Shown: positions 30,636 through 38,139 of the stretch, piece by piece
How positions within the stretch are numbered: the stretch's first letter is position 1
Layout: each line of letters starts with the position of its first letter
Source of the DNA: an uncultured Gemmatimonadaceae bacterium
GTDB lineage: Bacteria > Gemmatimonadota > Gemmatimonadetes > Gemmatimonadales > Gemmatimonadaceae
Direction: 5' to 3'
Length of the DNA stretch: 64,000 nucleotides
Assembly (NCBI GenBank): GCA_963789315.1
Contig: CAWBKI010000007.1
Coordinates: 16,012-80,011, forward strand
Program-made: the position numbers and the translations under genes
Notes under the pieces: generated by a model
The model's input: only the letters and a program-made list of their open reading frames with translations
Databases searched by the model: none
What the model was told of the DNA's origin: nothing

Positions 30636-31457
30636 ATGTCCGCCTCCCGCCCGCCAAGCACGCAACGCACCGTCGAGCCGCGGTCACGCCGGCGCCGGCC
30701 AACGATTGGCGATTGGACGCGCGTCGCGTTTCCCGTCGTCGTTGTCGCGGGACTCATCGTCGCCGCGTGGCAGCTCGGCTACTTCGACCTGAAGAAGCCG
30801 GATGCGCTCGACGAAGCGGCCCAACGCGCGAGCGGCATTCCCTGGCTCGCGCCGACCTTCGTCGTCGTGTACGCCAGCATGGCCGCGCTGGCGGCCCCAG
30901 TCTCGCCGCTCGCCTACGGAGCCGGCGCCGTGTTCGGCTTCGTCGAAGGATCCATCCTCGTCTGGGTCGCGTCGATGCTCGGCAGCGCCGCCGGCTACAC
31001 GCTCGCGCGGACCGTGTGGTCCGAATCGGCGCTCCGCCTGCTCGGGCGCCACGAGAAGAAGCTCCAGAAGCTGCGAGAAGGAAACACGTTTCTCACCGTG
31101 CTCCGTCTGCAGCTGGTGCCGATGATTCCGTTTGGCATGCTGAACTACGCGGCAGGAACCGCTCGGCTCCGATTTCTTCCTTATTGGTTGGCGAGCGGAT
31201 TGGGAATCATTCCGTTGACGTTGGCGGCGGTCTATGTGGGAGATCGGTTGCGCGCCGGCGTCCGCGGAAGCGGCGCGCGAGCCTTCATCATCGGCGGCGC
31301 TGTCATGGTGGGGATGCTGTTGCTCTCGTTGTTGCCGACGCTGATCGCGAAACGCCACGAGCGGCGGTCGAACGAGTCTACTCCCGAAGCGCCTCCATCG
31401 GGTCGACGCGAATCGCTCGGCGCGCGGGCACGAAGCACGCGGCAGCCGCAACGGTGA
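30636..31457 (+). CDS. TVP38/TMEM64 (DedA/SNARE-associated) family membrane protein
   Basis: VSPLAYGAGAVFGFVEGSILVWVASMLGSAAGYTLAR and LRLQLVPMIPFGMLNYAAG motifs. The 3' end overlaps the convergent permease gene by 80 nt. Confidence 0.8.
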   Translation: MSASRPPSTQRTVEPRSRRRRPTIGDWTRVAFPVVVVAGLIVAAWQLGYFDLKKPDALDEAAQRASGIPWLAPTFVVVYASMAALAAPVSPLAYGAGAVFGFVEGSILVWVASMLGSAAGYTLARTVWSESALRLLGRHEKKLQKLREGNTFLTVLRLQLVPMIPFGMLNYAAGTARLRFLPYWLASGLGIIPLTLAAVYVGDRLRAGVRGSGARAFIIGGAVMVGMLLLSLLPTLIAKRHERRSNESTPEAPPSGRRESLGARARSTRQPQR

Positions 31458-34065
31458 GCAGAAGCGCGGCCGCCGCGCCAAGCATGAGCGGGTCCATCGG
31501 TCCGACGCCAAACAGCAAGGCGCGCAAGTAGCGCGTCGTCGCGAACGCGCCGATCAGCCCCAGCACGACTCCGACCGCGGTGAGACTGAGTCCGCGCGCG
31601 AGCACCATGCGCAGGAGATCGCCCGGCGTCGCGCCGAGCGCGCTGCGCAACCCGATCTCGCGCGTTCGTTCGGCGACGCTGCCGGCCAGCACGCCGTAGA
31701 TGCCCGCCGCCGAGAGCAGCAACGCGAGCGTCGCGAAGGCGGCGAACAAGGTGAGCGCGAGCGATCGCTGCGCCGCCGATGATGCGACGACAGCGTCCAT
31801 CGTGCGCATGTCGGTGACCGGCTGAGATGGATCGGCGGCTGCGACCGCGGCACGGACCTGACGCATGAGCGCCGGCGACGTCGAGCGCGCGCGCACGACG
31901 AGCATGCCGCTCCCGTTCGCCCAACCCCACGCCGACTCCGGCACGTAGAACGATCGACGATCGTCGGCGTCGAGCGACTCGTGGTGTACGTCGGCCGCGA
32001 CGCCGACGACCGTCGACCACTCGTGTCGCGCGTTCGGGATGTGGATCCGTTTTCCGAGCACGGCGGCCCCGTCGCCGCTTTCGCCCCATAGCGTCGTCGC
32101 GAGCGCGAGACTGATGACGGCGACGGACGACGAAGTGTCGCGCGCATCCTGGTCGGTGAAATCGCGGCCCGCGACGATGTGAATGCGCATCACCTTCAAG
32201 TAATCGCCGACGACCCGATAGCCCGTCGCGTACGGAGCCAACTCGGGATTGGCGAGCGGTCTGTCCTGCGCGATGACGCCATACTGATCACGGTCTCCGC
32301 CGAGCGGAACTGACGTCGTCACCGCCGCGTCGATCACGCCCGGCACGGCGCGCACCCCGTCGATGGTGCGCCGGCGGAGGTCGAGCACCGCATCGTTGGC
32401 GAGGTATCGCTGCCCGGACGCCTCCACCGGCATGGTGATGAGGTTGTTCGGATCGAACCCGGGGTCGACCGCGAGCAATCGAACAAGGCTGCGGGCCAGG
32501 AGCCCGGCGCTCGCCAGCAACAACAGCGCGAGCGCCATCTCGGCGATCACCAACATCGAGCGCGTGCGATGATGGTCCGCGCCGCGAACACGGCTCGCGC
32601 CGCGAAGGGCGCCGGAGTACAACACTCGCTTTCGCGCGCCCCGCGCGGGCACGACGCCGAGCACGATCGCCAATGGGACAACGATCGCGCCGACGACAGC
32701 CAACGCGGCGAGATCGAAGTGGATCGCGTCGATTCTCGGGAACGAGCGCGGAAGCCGGGCGACGAGAAGCGGCAGCGTCGCCCAGCCGAGTGCGATGCCC
32801 AACGCCCCGCCCGCCGCGGCGATGACGAGTCCTTCGGCCGCGAGTTGCTGCGCCAACCGAGCTGCTCCCGCTCCGAGCGCCAGACGCACGCCGAACTCGG
32901 CGTCGCGTCGAACCGCGCGTGCAAGCTGCAAGTTCACGACGTTTGCGACGGCGATGAGCAGCACGAGCACCACGGCGCCCGCGATCGCGTAGAGCGCCGG
33001 CCGAACCGCGCTCGTGACTTTCTCCTGCATCGGCTCCACGAACATTCCGGCGGCCGAATACTCTTTCGGATACGCGGCGACGATTTGCGAGGAGATCTGG
33101 TCGAGCTCCGCCTTCGCTCGCTGGCGAGACACGCCGTCGCGGATGCGGGCGATGGCCGTGAGATGCCGGCAGGAGCGGCAGGCCCACGGTTGGCCCACCG
33201 CGTACCCCAGCGGTGTGTAGATCTGCGCGCCGGATTGGTGGACGTCCTCGTACGACTTGGGGAGGACTCCGACCACCGTCCACGGCGCACTGCCGAGCTG
33301 AATCGTGTGCCCGACGATCGACGAATCGGCCGCGAAGCGCCGCGTCCACAATCCATATGAGAGGAGGACGACCTTCGCCCCGCCGAAGCTCGTGGGCTGA
33401 ATCGGCTTGTCCTCGTCGGCGACGAAGTCGCGGCCGAGCAAGGGGTGCACGCCGAGTGTGCGGAAGTAATTCCACGTGACGCGCGACCCGTTGAGCCGTT
33501 CGGGCGTGGTCGGGTCGGACAGCGTCGGGATCCACGACGAGACCGCCGCCAACGACTCGAGCGTCGTGGCGTTCGCACGGATGTCCTGCACCGTGGCGAA
33601 TCCGGTCGTGATCTGGTGCCCGCTCTGGTCGCGCTCCCAGACGTAGACGAGTCGGTCCGGATGGTCGTACGGGAGCGACCGAATGAGCAGCGGATCGACG
33701 ACGCTGAAGATCGCGGTCGTCGGCCCGATCGCGAGGGCGAGCGTCACGGCGCAGAGCGCGGCGAATCCGGGAGCCCGTCTGAGGAGCCGTGCGGCGTGAC
33801 GGAGGTCGGCAAGGAATGATGACATGAGATTCTCCTTGTGTCGTTCGCGCCGGAGGCCGGAGAGCGAACCGAAGTGGCGAATGGCGACGAGCGCTTCCCA
33901 CCAGAAGCGAACGCGAGCCGCCGCCGGTCCGCGTTCGATCATGTCTCGCCGATGCCGTTCTACGAGGTCGCCGACGATCGCGTCGCGCGCGTCGGGTCGA
34001 ATGACGCGATCGAGGAGCCATAGTCCGATCGCCGGCGGGGCGACGTCACGATCGTCGTTCGTCAC
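31378..34065 (-). CDS. ADOP family duplicated orphan permease (MacB/FtsX-like) with N-terminal prefix domain
   Basis: Intact 895-codon ORF with a GTG start overlapping the padR stop (GTGA). An ~80-aa soluble prefix (..ARDAIVGDLVERHRRDMIERG..FWWEALVAIRH) is followed by two MacB-like periplasmic domains, each followed by FtsX helices. It ends ..RAIRVDPMEALRE. No ABC ATPase gene is nearby. Confidence 0.9.
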   Translation of the reverse strand: MTNDDRDVAPPAIGLWLLDRVIRPDARDAIVGDLVERHRRDMIERGPAAARVRFWWEALVAIRHFGSLSGLRRERHKENLMSSFLADLRHAARLLRRAPGFAALCAVTLALAIGPTTAIFSVVDPLLIRSLPYDHPDRLVYVWERDQSGHQITTGFATVQDIRANATTLESLAAVSSWIPTLSDPTTPERLNGSRVTWNYFRTLGVHPLLGRDFVADEDKPIQPTSFGGAKVVLLSYGLWTRRFAADSSIVGHTIQLGSAPWTVVGVLPKSYEDVHQSGAQIYTPLGYAVGQPWACRSCRHLTAIARIRDGVSRQRAKAELDQISSQIVAAYPKEYSAAGMFVEPMQEKVTSAVRPALYAIAGAVVLVLLIAVANVVNLQLARAVRRDAEFGVRLALGAGAARLAQQLAAEGLVIAAAGGALGIALGWATLPLLVARLPRSFPRIDAIHFDLAALAVVGAIVVPLAIVLGVVPARGARKRVLYSGALRGASRVRGADHHRTRSMLVIAEMALALLLLASAGLLARSLVRLLAVDPGFDPNNLITMPVEASGQRYLANDAVLDLRRRTIDGVRAVPGVIDAAVTTSVPLGGDRDQYGVIAQDRPLANPELAPYATGYRVVGDYLKVMRIHIVAGRDFTDQDARDTSSSVAVISLALATTLWGESGDGAAVLGKRIHIPNARHEWSTVVGVAADVHHESLDADDRRSFYVPESAWGWANGSGMLVVRARSTSPALMRQVRAAVAAADPSQPVTDMRTMDAVVASSAAQRSLALTLFAAFATLALLLSAAGIYGVLAGSVAERTREIGLRSALGATPGDLLRMVLARGLSLTAVGVVLGLIGAFATTRYLRALLFGVGPMDPLMLGAAAALLLTVAAAACFVPARRAIRVDPMEALRE

Positions 34066-34385
34066 GGCGCGTCGAGCCCCACGTCGAGTCCCGCCGCCAT
34101 GCGGCGCAGAGCGAACAGGTTTTCTCGCAGCACGCGCTTCCCCGCCGCGGTCACCGTGTAATAGCGCTTGGCGCGGCCTCCACGCTCGGACGTCGGCTCA
34201 CCGACGCGCGACGCGACGAGGCCTTTGGTCTCGAGGCGGGAGAGCGCCTTGTAGATCGTGCCGAGCGTGAGATCGCGCCGCGCGCGCTGCCGGACTTCCT
34301 GCTGCACCGGGACGCCATAGGCCTGGTCGCCGGATTGGAGGACGGCAAGGAGAACGATCTGCTCGAGGTCGCCGAGGGGTTCCAT
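34062..34385 (-). CDS. PadR family transcriptional regulator
   Basis: Start ATG 34385 (MEPLGDLEQIVLLAVLQSGDQAYGVPVQQEV...GTIYKALSRLETKGLV..RAKRYYTVTAAGKRVL), 107 aa. The longer ORF 34062..34790 runs into the repeat element. Confidence 0.9.
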   Translation of the reverse strand: MEPLGDLEQIVLLAVLQSGDQAYGVPVQQEVRQRARRDLTLGTIYKALSRLETKGLVASRVGEPTSERGGRAKRYYTVTAAGKRVLRENLFALRRMAAGLDVGLDAP

Positions 34386-34467
34386 GGTCGGTTTGTTAGA
34401 CAATGCCTGGGAAATAAAGGTTGGATTGAGGTCCGGCAAGGGGTCGGATCCCCGGTACCGCGACCTG

Positions 34468-34752
34468 CTGAACTGCTTTTGACGCAGAGGACGCAGAGGA
34501 CGCGGAGGCGCAGAGGACAACCGCTCGATCGAGCCCCTCGCCCAACGAGCCGGGATTCTTTGGGACTGCCGCTCGGGAAGCCACTCTCCCGCCGGCGAGC
34601 CGCGCCGCGCAGCCACGCCGAAGCCTCCCGAGCGGCTTTCCATAAAAAATCCGGCTCGTTGCGCGAAGAGCCTCAACTTCTCGGCTGTCCTCTGCGCCTC
34701 CGGGTCCTCTGCGTCCTCTGCGTCGAATCGGTTGCAGTTGCAGTTGTGGTTT
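34468..34752. repeat. ~285-bp palindromic MITE-like element, copy A
   Basis: About 94% identical by eye to 35740-36027. The ~40-nt terminal inverted arms are made of tandem 9-mers (GACGCAGAG GACGCAGAG GACGCGGAG GCGCAGAG / reverse complement at 34686-34727). Inner segments also pair. Confidence 0.85.
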
Positions 34753-34814
34753 TGGGTTGTCTTTTTGGGTGGCGCGCCTGGCCAAGTCACGACGCCCGTA
34801 CGTAAACTCCGCCA

Positions 34815-35744
34815 ATGATGCGCCGGATCCTTCTCGCTACGACTGTCCTCGCCATCGCCGGCCTCCTTTCATTCGAGGCGTACCGTTCGCGTGGGGTCGT
34901 GGCGGCCGAGGTGAGCGACGGAGACGCGCATCGGTTCGTCGACGCGATGCACCGGCTGTCGGCGGGCGACTCGTCGTGCGCGGCGCTCGACGACTACTTT
35001 CGCGACGCGTCGCGAGGGCTGCGGGCGTACGACAGCAAGCTGGGGATGGACCGACGGCAGCTTTGCGCGGCGATCCGGCGGTCGCCGGCACGCTATTCCG
35101 GAATCGAGTCCAAGTTGGACGGGCTCGACTCGGCGGTGGCCCGGGTCGACTCGATCTTCGGGCGCTTTCGCGCGATCTATCCGCAAGGAAGACAGCCCGG
35201 CGTGTACTTCGTTGTCGGTGCCGGGATGGCCGCCGGCACGACGACGCACACGAGCGATCCGGTCGTTCTCATCGGCGTCGAGCGCGCCGGCGATCCATCG
35301 CACCTCGCGTCCGTCGTCGCGCACGAGTTCGTGCACACGCAGCAGGACTATCCGTGGATCGGGATCTTCACCGGCGGCCCCTCCTTTCTCCGCGGCACCC
35401 TGCTCCGCCAATCGATCATGGAAGGCTCGGCGAATCTCATCGCCGAGCTTGTGACGGGAGTGCCGAGCCGCAACGAGTACGCCGAGGCGCACGAGGCGGA
35501 GCTGTGGGCCGACTTCTCGCGCGAGATGCACGGCAAGGACTACAGCCGGTGGCTATGGAACGGCGGCAACCCCAAGCGCGGCGACCGGCCGGCGGATCTC
35601 GGATATTGGATCGGATACAGAATCACGAAGTCGTACTACGATCGCGCCGCCGACAAGCCGCGCGCCATCCACGATATTCTGACTATCCGGGATTTCGATC
35701 GTTTTCTTGCGGAGAGCGGGTACTCGGTACCGCTGCGTTACTGA
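34815..35744 (+). CDS. Secreted putative Zn-dependent peptidase (HExxH; DUF2268-like)
   Basis: Intact 309-codon ORF with a signal/anchor MMRRILLATTVLAIAGLL and the metal motif VVAHEFVHTQQD. The family assignment is tentative. The last codons lie in repeat-associated sequence. Confidence 0.65.
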   Translation: MMRRILLATTVLAIAGLLSFEAYRSRGVVAAEVSDGDAHRFVDAMHRLSAGDSSCAALDDYFRDASRGLRAYDSKLGMDRRQLCAAIRRSPARYSGIESKLDGLDSAVARVDSIFGRFRAIYPQGRQPGVYFVVGAGMAAGTTTHTSDPVVLIGVERAGDPSHLASVVAHEFVHTQQDYPWIGIFTGGPSFLRGTLLRQSIMEGSANLIAELVTGVPSRNEYAEAHEAELWADFSREMHGKDYSRWLWNGGNPKRGDRPADLGYWIGYRITKSYYDRAADKPRAIHDILTIRDFDRFLAESGYSVPLRY

Positions 35745-36027
35745 ACTGCTTTGACGCAGAGGACGCAGAGGAACGCGGAGGCGCAGAGGACCGCCGCTCG
35801 ATCGAGCCCCTCGCCCAACGAGCCGGATTCTTTGGGGACTGCCGCTCGGGAGGCCACTCTCCCCCGGCGAGCCGCGCGCCGCGCAGCCACACCGAAGCCT
35901 CCCGAGCGGCTTTCCATAAAAAATCCGGCTCGTTGCGCAAAGAGCCTCAACCTCTCGGCTGTCCTCTGCGCCTCCGCGTCCTCTGCGTCCTCTGCGTCGA
36001 ATCGGTGGCAGTTGCAGTTGCGGTTGC
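35740..36027. repeat. ~285-bp palindromic MITE-like element, copy B
   Basis: Direct-orientation copy of 34468-34752. It begins at the stop codon of the HExxH gene. ORFs predicted inside it (35751..36137, 35738..36073) translate the 9-mer arms (TQRTQRNAEAQRT / LCVLCV) and are not credible genes. Confidence 0.85.
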
Positions 36028-36030
36028 TCC

Positions 36031-36112
36031 GCCGCCGCGACAAGACGTGCGCAACGCACGATATTCTGACCATCCAGGATTTCGATCGTTTTCTTAAAGC
36101 AAGCGGATACGC
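36031..36112 (+). other. Diverged duplicate of the 3' end of the HExxH gene (gene remnant)
   Basis: 36031-36112 (CCGCCGCGACAAGACGTGCGCAACGCACGATATTCTGACCATCCAGGATTTCGATCGTTTTCTTAAAGCAAGCGGATAC) aligns with 35647-35727 of the gene at ~80% by eye. It encodes ..HDILTIQDFDRFLKASGY.. versus ..HDILTIRDFDRFLAESGY.. Confidence 0.6.
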
Positions 36113-36137
36113 CCCACACGCTCCGGGAGCAGAATAG

Positions 36138-37274
36138 GTGAAGAAGCTGTTCTACGTCGGACTGCTGGCGCTGGTCCTGTTCGAGCTGGCGAACGTGTAC
36201 TTCATCATGCCGCTGCCGTACAGCCAGCGCGTGCGCAGCATCGACGTCGCGTACTTTCTGAACGAGCGGCGCTGGTGGTTTCGCGGCGGGTTGGGTCTCG
36301 TGATCCTCGCCGGCGCGGTGAGCGTGTTCACGACACCGGGCTGGCGTCGGTGGCTCGCCATTCCCGCGCTCGCGGCGGCCGGCTTTGTCGCGTATGCGGC
36401 GAACTTCGTGATGGCGGCCGATCGCATCTTTCTGCCGCCGAACCACGTCGTACTGGCGCGCGTCGACAAGAACACCGTCGAACCGGGGCGACTGGTGGTC
36501 GGCGTGGACTTGGGCGGCGAGGCGCGCGCGTATCCGGTGCGATTCATCGGCTACCACCATCAGGTGCGCGACACGGTCGACGGCATTCCCATTCTCGTCA
36601 GCTTCTGCACCGTCTGCCGAACCGGGCGCGTGTTCAGTCCGACCATAGACGGCAAGGCCGAGTCGTTCCGCCTCGTCGGGATGGATCACTTCAACGCGAT
36701 GTTCGAAGACAAGACGACCGGCAGCTGGTGGCGGCAGGCGACGGGCGAAGCGGTCGCCGGCCCGAGGAAAGGACGCGCGTTGCGGCAGATCCCGAGCACG
36801 CAGGTCACGCTGTCGCGATGGCTGTCGATGCATCCGCGGTCGCTCATCATGCAGCCCGACTCGGCGTTCATCGACCGGTACGCGAAGAGCTTCGACTACG
36901 AGTCGGGCTTGAGCCGCTCGACGCTCACCGGTACGGACACGGCGTCGTGGCACGACAAGTCGTGGGTGGTCGGGGTCACGATGAAGGGCGAGAGCAAGGC
37001 GTACGACTGGAACCGTCTTCGCAAGGAACGCGTCGTGAACGACGTCCTCGGAGGAGAGCCGATCGTGCTCGCGATCGCCCGCGACAGCACGAACTACTTC
37101 GCGTTCCAGCGCCCCGACACGAGCCAGTTCAAGGTGCGCGGCGACTCACTCGTTTCGCGCGGCGGGATCTACTCTCTCGCCGGAACGGGATCGATCGGAC
37201 TCGTGCCGATCTTCGCGTCGCAGGAATTCTGGCACAGCTGGCGCACGTTCCACCCGGCGACGAAGACCTACTGA
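36138..37274 (+). CDS. DUF3179 domain-containing membrane-anchored protein
   Basis: GTG start, three N-terminal TM helices, then DUF3179 hallmarks (ARAYPVRFIGYHHQVRDTVDGIPILVSFCTVCRTGRVF ... EFWHSWRTFHPATKTY). Intact. Confidence 0.85.
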   Translation: MKKLFYVGLLALVLFELANVYFIMPLPYSQRVRSIDVAYFLNERRWWFRGGLGLVILAGAVSVFTTPGWRRWLAIPALAAAGFVAYAANFVMAADRIFLPPNHVVLARVDKNTVEPGRLVVGVDLGGEARAYPVRFIGYHHQVRDTVDGIPILVSFCTVCRTGRVFSPTIDGKAESFRLVGMDHFNAMFEDKTTGSWWRQATGEAVAGPRKGRALRQIPSTQVTLSRWLSMHPRSLIMQPDSAFIDRYAKSFDYESGLSRSTLTGTDTASWHDKSWVVGVTMKGESKAYDWNRLRKERVVNDVLGGEPIVLAIARDSTNYFAFQRPDTSQFKVRGDSLVSRGGIYSLAGTGSIGLVPIFASQEFWHSWRTFHPATKTY

Positions 37275-37278
37275 CGCG

Positions 37279-37713
37279 CTAGGACGATTTCGGCATCGAT
37301 CGTTCGTGGACGAGGTCGTGGTACTCGGGGTGACGCGCGATGTACTCGGTGACGAACGGACACCGCACGATCACCTTGACGCCGCGGGCGCGCGCCAGGT
37401 TCAGCGCGGTGCGGGCGAGACGCGACGCCAATCCCCGCCCGGCGAGCTCGGCCGGCACCTCGGTGTGGATCAGCATCAGAGTGCCGTCCCGCGTGGCGCG
37501 GTAGGTGAGGTACGCGAGCCCTTCGAGCGACGACACCTCGAATCGCGATTCCTTTTCGTTGTTGACGACCTCGATGGTGTCGGCCGAGCCCGGTGGATCG
37601 ACTGCTCCGTGGGCGCCCGTCACGGCCGTCCAGCTCGGCGCGTCACTTGCCGGGAATGATTCCTCGGATGTCTCGTCGACGTCATCGGGACGGACGGGGC
37701 CGGTATCGCTCAT
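37279..37713 (-). CDS. GNAT family N-acetyltransferase (YjdJ/Acetyltransf_CG type) with acidic N-terminal extension
   Basis: The C-terminal 95 aa (NNEKESRFEV..LTYR..TLMLIHTEVPAELAGRGLASRLARTALNLARARGVKVIVRCPFVTEYIARHPEYHDLV) match the small GNAT fold. The N-terminal ~45 aa contain EESFPASDAPSWT. Confidence 0.8.
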   Translation of the reverse strand: MSDTGPVRPDDVDETSEESFPASDAPSWTAVTGAHGAVDPPGSADTIEVVNNEKESRFEVSSLEGLAYLTYRATRDGTLMLIHTEVPAELAGRGLASRLARTALNLARARGVKVIVRCPFVTEYIARHPEYHDLVHERSMPKSS

Positions 37714-37843
37714 TCGAATCTCCGCGTTCTCATGCGTCCCGAGTCGTCACTTTGACACAACCGTTACCTGACGCGACCTGCGCCGGCGTTCTACTCCGAG
37801 CATCGATAAAGATGCGCCGTTCGCCGCCGTCGGGGGGAGAAGC

Positions 37844-38038
37844 ATGGTGGACATTATCGTCGTTTCGACCACGTGTCCGTATTGCGGTGGCACCGAGCCG
37901 TTGATGCGATCGGAGACACCGCTGACGAACGCCGCGCTTACCAAGCAATTTCGCGGCGCGACGATCCGCTGCATCCACACTGGATGCGAAAAATCGTACG
38001 CGATCCGCAAGGGCGACCTCAAGATCAGGCACGAGTAG
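37844..38038 (+). CDS. Small zinc-ribbon-like hypothetical protein (64 aa)
   Basis: ATG preceded by GGGGGGAGAAGC. Cys/His pattern CPYC...CIHTGC. It sits in a comparatively AT-richer spacer. No family was recognised. Confidence 0.4.
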   Translation: MVDIIVVSTTCPYCGGTEPLMRSETPLTNAALTKQFRGATIRCIHTGCEKSYAIRKGDLKIRHE

Positions 38039-38139
38039 GCGATCGCGACGGCCGCCGCCCCCCCGAACAGACAAAGCGGCGCCAGTCCGAAGACTAGCGC
38101 CGCTCGCGTGTGTTCGGTCAGACCGTCAGCGCAGTCCGA

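Noticed and set aside
31378-31457. 80-nt overlap of the convergent 3' ends of the TVP38 and ADOP genes as a possible antisense regulatory feature or hidden frameshift.
   Set aside because: No stop codon occurs in any frame of the TVP38 tail earlier than 31457, which is expected by chance in such GC-rich sequence. The tail is low-complexity and there is no independent evidence of function.
34478-34727. Possible CRISPR array suggested by the repeated GACGCAGAG units.
   Set aside because: The repeats are 9 nt long, directly abutting with no spacers, and form the inverted arms of a hairpin element. There are no cas genes, so this is not a CRISPR architecture.
34335-34815. ORFs inside the 285-bp repeats (34335..34805+, 34396..34815-, 35751..36137+, 35738..36073-, and the upstream part of 34062..34790-).
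   Set aside because: They translate the tandem 9-mer arms (TQRTQRNAEAQRT, LCVLCVLCV) and occur on both strands of a palindrome. This is not credible coding sequence.
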